From: Heterodontus francisci
Taxonomy: Eukaryota
Length of the DNA: 64,000 nucleotides
Reading direction: 5' to 3'
NCBI RefSeq assembly: GCF_036365525.1
Contig: NC_090399.1
Coordinates: 32,892,430 to 32,956,429, forward strand
A program made the translations under genes and the position numbers. The notes beneath the pieces were generated by a model. It did no database searches. It was not told the origin of the DNA and was given only the letters and a program-made list of their open reading frames with translations. Of this stretch, positions 48,101 to 60,100 are shown in pieces (within the stretch, counting starts at the first letter, position 1; every line of letters starts with the position of its first letter).

Positions 48101-51100
48101 GGGTCAGTGCTGCACGATGGGGGGGTCAGTGCTGCAAGGTGGGAGGGTCAGTGCTGCACGATGGGGGGGTCAGTGCTGCAAGGTGGGAGGGTCAGTACTG
48201 CACGATGTGGGGGTCCGTGCTGCAAGGTGGGAGGGTCAGTGCTGCACGATGGGGGGGGTCAGTGCTGCACGATGTGAGGGTCAGTGCGGCAAGGTGGGAG
48301 GGTCAGTGCTGCACCATGTTGGGGTCAGTGCTGCACGATGGGAGGGTCAGTGCTGCACCATGTTGGGGTCAGTGCTGCACGATGGGGGGCTCAGTGCTGC
48401 AAGGTGGAAGGGTCAGTGCTGCACGATGTGGGGGTCAGTGCTGAAAGGTGGGAAGGTCAGTGCTGCACGCTGTCAGGGTCAGTGCTGCACGATGTGGGGG
48501 TCAGTGCTGCAAGGTGGAAGGGTCAGTGCTGCACGATGTGGGGGTCAGTGCTGAAAGGTGGGAAGGTCAGTGCTGCACGCTGTCAGGGTCAGTGCTGCAC
48601 GATGTGGGGGTCAGTGCTGCAAGGTGGGAGGGTCAGTGCTGCACGATGTGGGGGTCAGTGCTGCAAGATGGGGGGGTCAGTCCTGAAAGGTGGGTAGGTC
48701 AGTGCTGCACGATGGTGGGGTCAGTGCTGCACGATGGGGGGGTCAGTCCTGAAAGGTGGGAAGGTCAGTGCTGCACGATGTTGGGGTCAGTGCTGCACAA
48801 TGGAGGGTCAGTGCTGCAAGGTGGGAGGGACAGCACTGCACGATGTGAGGGTCAGTGCTGCACAATGGAGGGTCAGTGCTGCACGGTGGGAGGGTCAGTG
48901 CTGCACGATGTGAGGGTCAGTGCTGCACGATGGGGGGGGGTCAGTGCTGAAAGGTGGGAGGGTCAGCACTGCACGATGTGAGGGACAGCGCTGCACGATG
49001 TGAGGGACAGCGCTGCACGATGTGAGGGTCAGTGCTGCACGCTGTGAGGGTCAGTGCTGCACGATGGGGGGGGTCAGTGCTGCACGCTGTCAGGGTCAGT
49101 GCTGCACGATGTCGGGGTCAGTGCTGCACGATGGGGGGGTCAGTGCTGCAAGGTGGAAGGGTCAGTGCTGCATGATGGGGGGGTCATTGCTGCACGATGG
49201 GGGGCTCAGTGCTGCACGCTGTCAGGGTCAGTGCTGCACGATGTCGGGGTCAGTGCTGCACGATGGGGGGGTCAGTGCTGCAAGGTGGGAGGGTCAGTGC
49301 TGCACGATGGGGGGTTCAGTGCTGAAAGGTGGAAGGGTCAGTGCTGCACGATGGGGGGTTCAGTGCTGAAACGTGGGAGGGTCAGCGCTGCACTGTGGGA
49401 GGGACAGCAATGCACGATGTGAGGGTCAGTGCTGCAAGGTGGGAGGGTCAGTGCTGCACGATGTGAGGGTCAGTGCTGCACGATGTGGGGGGTCAGTGCT
49501 GCACGATGGGGGGGGTCAGTGCCGCACGATGGAGGGTCAGAGCTGAAAGGTGGGATGGTCAGTACTGCACGATGGGGGGGGGTCAGTGCTGCACGATGGA
49601 GGGTCAGTGCTGCAAGGTGGGAGGGTCAGTGCTGCACGATGTGAGGGTCAGTGCTGCACGATGGAGGGTCAGAGCTGAAAGGTGGGAGGGACAGCACTGC
49701 ACGATGTGAGGGACAGCGCTGCACGATGGGCGGGAGTCAGTGCTGCAAGGTGGAAGGGTCAGCGCTGCACGATGTGAGGGTCAGCGCTGCACGATGGGGG
49801 GGTCAGTGCTGCAAGGTGGAAGGGTCAGTGCTGCAAGGTGGAAGGGTCAGCGCTGCACGATGTGAGGGTCAGTGCTGCACGATGGGGGGGTCAGTGCTGC
49901 AAGGTGGAAGGGTCAGTGCTGCAAGGTGGAAGGGTCAGCGCTGCACGATGTGAGGGTCAGCGCTGCACGATGGGGGGGTCAGTGCTGCAAGGTGGGAGGG
50001 TCAGTGCTGCACGATGGGGGGGTCAGTCCTGAAAGGTGGGAAGGTCAGTGCTGCACGATGGGGGGGTCAGTGCTGCAAGGTGGGAGGGTCAGTACTGCAC
50101 GATGTGGGGGTCCGTGCTGCAAGGTGGGAGGGTCAGTGCTGCACGATGGGGGGGTCAGTGCTGCACGATGTGAGGGTCAGTGCGGCAAGGTGGGAGGGTC
50201 AGTGCTGCACCATGTTGGGGTCAGTGCTGCACGATGGGGGGGTCAGTGCTGCAAGGTGGGAGGGTCAGTGCTGCAAGGTGGAAGGGTCAGTGCTGCACGA
50301 TGTTGGGGTCAGTGCTGCAAGGTGGGATGGTCAGTACTGCACGATGGGGGGGTCAGTGCTGCACGGTGGAGGGTCAGTGCTGCAAGGTGGGAGGGTCAGT
50401 GCTGCACGATGGGGGGGTCAGTGCTGCAAGGTGGGAGGGTCAGTGCTGCAAGGTGGGAGGGTCAGTACTGCAAGGTGGGAGGGTCAGTGCTGCACGATGG
50501 GGGGGTCAGTGCTGCAAGGTGGAGGGTCAGTGCTGCAAGGTGGGAGGGTCAGTGCTGCACGATGGGGGGGTCAGTGCTGCAAGGTGGGAGGGTCAGTACT
50601 GCACGATGTGGGGGTCCGTGCTGCAAGGTGGGAGGGTCAGTGCTGCACGATGTGAGGGTCAGTGCTGCACGATGGGGGGGTCAGTGCTGCACGATGGGGG
50701 GCTCAGTGCTGCACGATGGGGGGGTCAGTGCTGCAAGGTGGGAGGGTCAGTACTGCACGATGTGGGGGTCCGTGCTGCAAGGTGGGAGGGTCAGTGCTGC
50801 ACGATGTGAGGGTCAGTGCTGCACGATGGGGGGGTCAGTGCTGCACGATGGAGGGCTCAGTGCTGCAAGGTGGGAGGGTCAGTGCTGCACCATGTTGGGG
50901 TCAGTGCTGCACGATGGGAGGGTCAGTGCTGCACGATGGGGGGGTCAGTGCTGCACGATGGGGGGCTCAGTGCTGCAAGGTGGAAGGGTCAGTGCTGCAA
51001 GGTGGGAGGATCAGTGCTGCACGATGTTGGGGTCAGTGCTGCAAGGTGGGATGGTCAGTACTGCACGATGGGGGGGGTCAGTGCTGCAAGGTGGGATGGT

Positions 51101-54100
51101 CAGGACTGCACGATGGGGGGGACAGTGCTGCACGATGGAGGGTCAGTGCTGCAAGGTGGGAGGGTCAGTGCAGCACGATGGGGGTTAGTGCTGCAAGGTG
51201 GGAGGGTCAGTACTGCACGATGTGGGGGTCAGTGCTGCAAGGTGGGAGGGTCAGAGCTGCACGATGTGGGGTTCAGTGCTGCACGATGTGGGGGTCAGTG
51301 CTGCAAGGTGGGATGGTCAGTGCTGCACGATGGGGGGGTCAGTGCTGCACGATGTGGGGTTCAGTGCTGCAAGGTGGGATGGTCAGTACTGCACGATGGG
51401 GGCGGTCAGTGCTGAACGGTGGGAGGGTCAGCGCTGCACAGTTGGAGGGACAGCACTGCACGATGTGAGGGTCAGTGCTGCAAGGTGGGAGGGTCAGTGC
51501 TGCACGATGGGGGGGGGTCAGTGCTGCACGATGGAGGGTCAGTGCTGCAAGGTGGGAGGGTCAGTGCTGCACGATGGGGGGATCAGTGCTGCAAGGTGGG
51601 AGGGTCAGTGCTGCAAGGTGGGAGGGTCAGTGCTGCACGATGGGGGGGGTCAGTGCTGCACGATGTGGGGTTCAGTGCTGCACGATGGGGGGGTCAGTGC
51701 TGCAAGGTGGGAGGGTCAGTGCTGCACGATGTGAGGGTCAGTGCTGCACGATGTGGGGGTCAGTCCTGAAAGGTGGGAAGGTCAGTGCTGCAAGGTGGGA
51801 GGGTAAGTGCTGCACGATGTGGGGGTCAGTGCTGAAAGGTGGGAAGGTCAGTGCTGCACGCTGTCAGGGTCAGTGCTGCACGATGTGGGGGTCAGTGCTG
51901 CAAGGTGGGAGGGTCAGTGCTGCACGATGTGGGGGTCAGTGCTGCAAGATGGGGGGGTCAGTCCTGAAAGGTGGGTAGGTCAGTGCTGCACGATGGTGGG
52001 GTCAGTGCTGCACGATGGGGGGGTCAGTCCTGAAAGGTGGGAAGGTCAGTGCTGCACGATGTTGGGGTCAGTGCTGCACAATGGAGGGTCAGTGCTGCAA
52101 GGTGGGAGGGACAGCACTGCACGATGTGAGGGTCAGTGCTGCACGGTGGGAGGGTCAGTGCTGCACGGTGGGAGGGTCAGTGCTGCACGGTGGGAGGGTC
52201 AGTGCTGCACGATGTGAGGGTCAGTGCTGCACGATGGGGGGGGTCAGTGCTGAAAGGTGGGAGGGTCAGCGCTGCTCAGTTGGAGGGACAGCACTGCACG
52301 ATGTGAGGGTCAGCACTGCACGATGTGAGGGACAGCGCTGCACGATGTGAGGGTCAGTGCTGCACGCTGTGAGGGTCAGTGCTGCACGATGGGGGGGGTC
52401 AGTGCTGCACGATGTCGGGGTCAGTGCTGCACGATGGGGGGGTCAGTGCTGCAAGGTGGAAGGGTCAGTGCTGCACGATGGTGGGGTCATTGCTGCACGA
52501 TGGGGGGCTCAGTGCTGCACGCTGTCAGGGTCAGTGCTGCACGATGTCGGGGTCAGTGCTGCACGATGGGGGGGTCAGTGCTGCAAGGTGGGAGGGTCAG
52601 TGCTGCACGATGGGGGGTTCAGTGCTGAAAGGTGGAAGGGTCAGTGCTGCACGATGGGGGGTTCAGTGCTGAAACGTGGGAGGGTCAGCGCTGCACTGTG
52701 GGAGGGACAGCAATGCACGATGTGAGGGTCAGTGCTGCAAGGTGGGAGGGTCAGTGCTGCAAGGTGGGAGGGTCAGTGCTGCACGATGTGAGGGTCAGTG
52801 CTGCACGATGTGAGGGTCAGTGCTGCACGATGTGGGGGGTCAGTGCTGCACGATGGGGGGGGTCAGTGCTGCACGATGGAGGGTCAGAGCTGAAAGGTGG
52901 GATGGTCAGTACTGCACGATGGGGGGGGGGTCAGTGCTGCACGATGGAGGGTCAGTGCTGCAAGGTGGGAGGGTCAGTGCTGCACGATGTGAGGGTCAGT
53001 GCTGCACAATGTGAGGGTCAGTGCTGCACGATGGGGGGGGTCAGTGCTGCACGATGGAGGGTCAGAGCTGAAAGGTGGGAGGGACAGCACTGCACGATGT
53101 GAGGGACAGCGCTGCACGATGGGCGGGAGTCAGTGCTGCAAGGTGGAAGGGTCAGTGCTGCAAGGTGGAAGGGTCAGCGCTGCACGATGTGAGGGTCAGT
53201 GCTGCACGATGGAGGGTCAGAGCTGAAAGGTGGGAGGGACAGCACTGCACGATGTGAGGGACAGCGCTGCACGATGGGCGGGAGTCAGTGCTGCAAGGTG
53301 GAAGGGTCAGCGCTGCACGATGTGAGGGTCAGCGCTGCACGATGGGGGGGTCAGTGCTGCAAGGTGGAAGGGTCAGTGCTGCAAGGTGGAAGGGTCAGCG
53401 CTGCACGATGTGAGGGTCAGTGCTGCACGATGGGGGGGTCAGTGCTGCAAGGTGGAAGGGTCAGCGCTGCACGATGTGAGGGTCAGCGCTGCACGATGGG
53501 GGGGTCAGTGCTGCAAGGTGGGAGGGTCAGTGCTGCACGATGGGGGGGTCAGTCCTGAAAGGTGGGAAGGTCAGTGCTGCACGATGGGGGGGTCAGTGCT
53601 GCAAGGTGGGAGGGTCAGTACTGCACGATGTGGGGGTCCGTGCTGCAAGGTGGGAGGGTCAGTGCTGCACGATGGGGGGGTCAGTGCTGCACGATGTGAG
53701 GGTCAGTGCGGCAAGGTGGGAGGGTCAGTGCTGCACCATGTTGGGGTCAGTGCTGCACGATGGGGGGGTCAGTGCTGCAAGGTGGGAGGGTCAGTGCTGC
53801 AAGGTGGAAGGGTCAGTGCTGCACGATGTTGGGGTCAGTGCTGCAAGGTGGGATGGTCAGTACTGCACGATGGGGGGGTCAGTGCTGCACGGTGGAGGGT
53901 CAGTGCTGCAAGGTGGGAGGGTCAGTGCTGCACGATGGGGGGGTCAGTGCTGCAAGGTGGGAGGGTCAGTGCTGCAAGGTGGGAGGGTCAGTGCTGCACG
54001 ATGGGGGGGTCAGTGCTGCAAGGTGGGAGGGTCAGTACTGCAAGGTGGGAGGGTCAGTGCTGCACGATGGGGGGGTCAGTGCTGCAAGGTGGAGGGTCAG

Positions 54101-57100
54101 TGCTGCAAGGTGGGAGGGTCAGTGCTGCACGATGGGGGGGTCAGTGCTGCAAGGTGGGAGGGTCAGTACTGCACGATGTGGGGGTCCGTGCTGCAAGGTG
54201 GGAGGGTCAGTGCTGCACGATGTGAGGGTCAGTGCTGCACGATGGGGGGGTCAGTGCTGCACGATGGGGGGCTCAGTGCTGCACGATGGGGGGGTCAGTG
54301 CTGCAAGGTGGGAGGGTCAGTACTGCACGATGTGGGGGTCCGTGCTGCAAGGTGGGAGGGTCAGTGCTGCACGATGTGAGGGTCAGTGCTGCACGATGGG
54401 GGGGTCAGTGCTGCACGATGGAGGGCTCAGTGCTGCAAGGTGGGAGGGTCAGTGCTGCACCATGTTGGGGTCAGTGCTGCACGATGGGAGGGTCAGTGCT
54501 GCACGATGGGGGGGTCAGTGCTGCACGATGGGGGGCTCAGTGCTGCAAGGTGGAAGGGTCAGTGCTGCAAGGTGGGAGGATCAGTGCTGCACGATGTTGG
54601 GGTCAGTGCTGCAAGGTGGGATGGTCAGTACTGCACGATGGGGGGGGTCAGTGCTGCAAGGTGGGATGGTCAGGACTGCACGATGGGGGGGACAGTGCTG
54701 CACGATGGAGGGTCAGTGCTGCAAGGTGGGAGGGTCAGTGCAGCACGATGGGGGTTAGTGCTGCAAGGTGGGAGGGTCAGTACTGCACGATGTGGGGGTC
54801 AGTGCTGCAAGGTGGGAGGGTCAGAGCTGCACGATGTGGGGTTCAGTGCTGCACGATGTGGGGGTCAGTGCTGCAAGGTGGGATGGTCAGTGCTGCACGA
54901 TGGGGGGGTCAGTGCTGCACGATGTGGGGTTCAGTGCTGCAAGGTGGGATGGTCAGTACTGCACGATGGGGGCGGTCAGTGCTGAACGGTGGGAGGGTCA
55001 GCGCTGCACAGTTGGAGGGACAGCACTGCACGATGTGAGGGTCAGTGCTGCAAGGTGGGAGGGTCAGTGCTGCACGATGGGGGGGGGTCAGTGCTGCACG
55101 ATGGAGGGTCAGTGCTGCAAGGTGGGAGGGTCAGTGCTGCACGATGGGGGGATCAGTGCTGCAAGGTGGGAGGGTCAGTGCTGCAAGGTGGGAGGGTCAG
55201 TGCTGCACGATGGGGGGGGTCAGTGCTGCACGATGTGGGGTTCAGTGCTGCACGATGGGGGGGTCAGTGCTGCAAGGTGGGAGGGTCAGTGCTGCACGAT
55301 GTGAGGGTCAGTGCTGCACGATGTGGGGGTCAGTCCTGAAAGGTGGGCAGGTCAGTGCTGCACGATGTGGGGGTCAGTCCTGAAAGGTGGGAAGGTCAGT
55401 GCTGCAAGGTGGGAGGGTAAGTGCTGCACGATGTGGGGGTCAGTGCTGAAAGGTGGGAAGGTCAGTGCTGCACGATGTGGGGGTCAGTGCTGCAAGGTGG
55501 GAGGGTCAGTGCTGCACGATGTGGGGGTCAGTGCTGCAAGATGGGGGGGTCAGTCCTGAAAGGTGGGTAGGTCAGTGCTGCACGATGGTGGGGTCAGTGC
55601 TGCACGATGGGGGGGTCAGTCCTGAAAGGTGGGAAGGTCAGTGCTGCACGATGTTGGGGTCAGTGCTGCACAATGGAGGGTCAGTGCTGCAAGGTGGGAG
55701 GGACAGCACTGCACGATGTGAGGGTCAGTGCTGCACGGTGGGAGGGTCAGTGCTGCACGGTGGGAGGGTCAGTGCTGCACGGTGGGAGGGTCAGTGCTGC
55801 ACGATGTGAGGGTCAGTGCTGCACGATGGGGGGGGGTCAGTGCTGAAAGGTGGGAGGGCCAGCGCTGCTCAGTTGGAGGGACAGCACTGCACGATGTGAG
55901 GGACAGCACTGCACGATGTGAGGGACAGCACTGCACGATGTGAGGGTCAGCGCTGCACGATGTGAGGGACAGCGCTGCACGATGTGAGGGTCAGTGCTGC
56001 ACGCTGTGAGGGTCAGTGCTGCACGATGGGGGGGGTCAGTGCTGCACGATGTCGGGGTCAGTGCTGCACGATGGGGGGGTCAGTGCTGCAAGGTGGAAGG
56101 GTCAGTGCTGCACGATGGTGGGGTCATTGCTGCACGATGGGGGGCTCAGTGCTGCACGCTGTCAGGGTCAGTGCTGCACGATGTCGGGGTCAGTGCTGCA
56201 CGATGGGGGGGTCAGTGCTGCAAGGTGGGAGGGTCAGTGCTGCACGATGGGGGGTTCAGTGCTGAAACGTGGGAGGGTCAGCGCTGCACTGTGGGAGGGA
56301 CAGCAATGCACGATGTGAGGGTCAGTGCTGCAAGGTGGGAGGGTCAGTGCTGCAAGGTGGGAGGGTCAGTGCTGCACGATGTGAGGGTCAGTGCTGCACG
56401 ATGTGAGGGTCAGTGCTGCACGATGTGGGGGGTCAGTGCTGCACGATGGGGGGGGTCAGTGCTGCACGATGGAGGGTCAGAGCTGAAAGGTGGGATGGTC
56501 AGTACTGCACGATGGGGGGGGGGTCAGTGCTGCACGATGGAGGGTCAGTGCTGCAAGGTGGGAGGGTCAGTGCTGCACGATGTGAGGGTCAGTGCTGCAC
56601 AATGTGAGGGTCAGTGCTGCACGATGGGGGGGGTCAGTGCTGCACGATGGAGGGTCAGAGCTGAAAGGTGGGAGGGACAGCACTGCACGATGTGAGGGAC
56701 AGCGCTGCACGATGGGCGGGAGTCAGTGCTGCAAGGTGGAAGGGTCAGTGCTGCAAGGTGGAAGGGTCAGCGCTGCACGATGTGAGGGTCAGCGCTGCAC
56801 GCTGTCAGGGTCAGTGCTGCACGATGGGGGGGTCAGTGCTGCAAGGTGGAAGGGTCAGTGCTGCACGATGGGGGGGTCAGTGCTGCAAGGTGGGAGGGAC
56901 AGTGCTGCAAGGTGGAAGGGTCAGTGCTGCACGATGGGGGGGTCAGTGCTGCACGATGTGGGGGTCAGTGCTGCAAGGTGGGAGGGTCAGTGCTGCACGA
57001 TGGAGGGTCAGTGCTGCAAGGTGGGAGGGTCAGTGCTGCAAGGTGGGGGGGTCAGGGCTGCACGATGGGGGGGTCAGGGCTGCACGATGGGGGGGTCAGG

Positions 57101-60100
57101 GCTGCACGATGTGAGGGTCAGAGCTGCACGATGTGAGGGTCAGAGCTGCACGATGTGAGGGTCAGTGCTGCACGATGGGGGGGTCAGTGCTGCAAGGTGG
57201 GAGGGTCAGTGCTGCACGATGGGGGGGTCAGTGCTGCACGATGTCAGGGTCAGTGCTGCACGATGGGGGGGTCAGTGCTGCAAGGTGGAAGGGTCAGTGC
57301 TGCACGATGGGGGGGTCAGTGCTGCAAGGTGGGAGGGACAGTGCTGCAAGGTGGAAGGGTCAGTGCTGCACGATGGGGGGGTCAGTGCTGCACGATGTGG
57401 GGTTCAGTGCTGCAAGGTGGGAGGGTCAGTGCTGCACGATGGAGGGTCAGTGCTGCAAGGTGGGAGGGTCAGTGCTGCACGATGGCATGGTCAGTGCTGC
57501 AAGGTGGGGGGGTCAGGGCTGCACGATGGGGGGGTCAGGGCTGCACGATGTGAGGGTCAGGGCTGCACGATGTGAGGGTCAGAGCTGCACGATGTGAGGG
57601 TCAGAGCTGCACGATGTGAGGGTCAGTGCTGCACGATGTGGGGGTCAGTCCTGAAAGGTGGGAAGGTCAGTACTGCACGATGTGGGGGTCAGTCCTGAAA
57701 GGTGGGAAGGTCAGTGCTGCACGATGTGGGGGGTCAGTGCTGCAAGGTGGGAGGGTCAGTGCTGCACGATGGGGGGGTCAGTGCTGCAAGGTGGGAGGGT
57801 CAGTGCTGCACGATGGGGGGGTCAGTGCTGCACGATGTGGGGGTCAGTCCTGAAAGGTGGGAAGGTCAGTACTGCACGATGTGGGGGTCAGTCCTGAAAG
57901 GTGGGAAGGTCAGTGCTGCACGATGTGGGGGTCAGTGCTGCAAGGTGGGAGGGTCAGCGCTGCACGATGTGGGGGTCAGTGCTGCAAGGTGGGAGGGTCA
58001 GTGCTGCACGATGTGGGGGTCAGTGCTGCAAGGTGGGAGGGTCAGTGCTGCACGATGGGGGGGGTCAGTGCTGCAAGGTGGGAGGGTCAGTGCTGCAAGG
58101 TGGGGGGGTCAGTCCTGAAAGGTGGGAAGGTCAGTGCTGCACGATGGGGGGGTCAGTGCTGCAAGGTGGCAGGGTGAGTGCTGCACGATGGCGTGGTCAG
58201 TGCTGCAAGGTGGGGGGGGTCAGTGCTGCACGATGGAGGGGTCAGGGCTGCACGATGGGGGGGTCAGTGCTGCACGATGGGGGGGTCAGTGCTGCAAGGT
58301 GGGAGGGTCAGTGCTGCAAGGTGGGAAGGTCAGTGCTGCAAGGTGGGGGGGTCAGTCCTGAAAGGTGGGAAGGTCAGTGCTGCACGATGGGCGGGTCAGT
58401 GCTGCACGATGGGGGGGTCAGTGCTGCACGATGGAGGGGGGTCAGTGCTGCAATGTGCAGGGTCAGTGCTGCATGATGGGAGGGTCAGTGCTGCAAGGTG
58501 GGAGGGTCAGTGCTTCACGATGGGAGGGTCACTGCTGCACGATGGGGGGGTCAGTGCTGCAAGGTGGGAGGGTCAGTGCTGCAAGGTGGGAGGGTCAGTG
58601 CTGCAAGGTGGGAGGATCAGTGCTGCAAGGTGGGAGCGTCAGTGCTGCACGATGGGGGGGTTCAGTGCTGCACGATGGGGGGGTCAGTGCTGCACGATGG
58701 AGGGTCAGTGCTGCAAGGTGGGAGGGTCAGTGCTGCACGATGTGGGGTTCAGTGCTGCACGATGTGGGGTTCAGTGCTGCATGATGTGAGGGTCAGTGCT
58801 GCACGATGGGGGGCTCAGTGCTGCACGAGGGGGTGCTCAGTGCTGCAAGGTGGGAGGGTCAGTGCTGCAAGGTGGGAGGGTCAGTGCTGCAAGGTGGGAG
58901 GGTCAGTGCTGCACGATGTTGGGGTCAGTGCTGCACGATGTTGGGGTCAGTGCTGCAAGGTGGGATGGTCAGTACTGCACGATGGGGGGGGTCAGTGCTG
59001 CAAGGTGGGATGGTCAGGACTGCACGATGGGGGGGTCAGTGCTGCACGATGGAGGGTCAGTGCTGCAAGGTGGGAGGGTCAGTGCAGCACGATGGGGGTT
59101 AGTGCTGCAAGGTGGGAGGGTCAGTACTGCACGATGTGGGGGTCAGTGCTGCAAGGTGGGAGGGTCAGAGCTGCACGGTGGGGGGGTCAGTGCTGCAAGG
59201 TGGGAGGGTCAGAGCTGCACGGTGGGGGGGTCAGAGCTGCACGATGTGAGGGTCAGTGCGGCAAGGTGGGAGGGTCAGTGCTGCACGATGGGGGGGTCAG
59301 TGCTGCACGATGGGGGGGGGTCAGTGCTGCACGATGTGAGGGTCAGTGCTGCAAGGTGGGAGGGTCAGTACTGCACGATGGGGGGGTCAGTGCTGCAAGG
59401 TGGGAGGGTCAGTACTGCACGATGGGGGGGTCAGTGCTGCAAGGTGGGAGGGTCAGTACTGCACGATGGGGGGGTCAGTGCTGCACGATGTGGGGTTCAG
59501 AGATGCAAGGTGGGATGGTCAGTACTGCACGATGGGGGGGGGTCAGTGCTGAATGGTGGGAGGGTCAGCGCTGCACAGTTGGAGGGACAGCAGTGCACGA
59601 TGTGAGGGTCAGTGCTGCACGATGTGAGGGTCAGTGCTGCACGATGGAGGGTCAGTGCTGCACGATGGAGGGTCAGTGCTGCAAGGTGGGAGGGTCAGTG
59701 CTGCACGATGGGGGGGTCAGTGCTGCACGATGGGGGGGTCAGTGCTGCAAGGTGGGAGGGTCAGTGCTGCACGATGGGGGGGGTCAGTGCTGCAAGGTGG
59801 GAGGGTCAGTGCTGCAAGGTGGGAGGGTCAGTGCTGCACGATGTGAGGGTCAGTGCTGCACGATGTGAGGGTCAGTGCGGCAAGGTGGGAGGGTCAGTGC
59901 GGCAAGGTGGGAGGGTCAGTGCTGCACGATGGGGGGCTCAGTGCTGCAAGGTGGGAGGGTCAGTGCTGCAAGGTGGGAGGATCAGTGCTGCACGATGTTG
60001 GGGTCAGTGCTGCAAGGTGGGATGGTCAGGACTGCACGATGGGGGGGTCAGTGCTGCACGATGGGGGTTAGTGCTGCAAGGTGGGAGGGTCAGTACTGCA

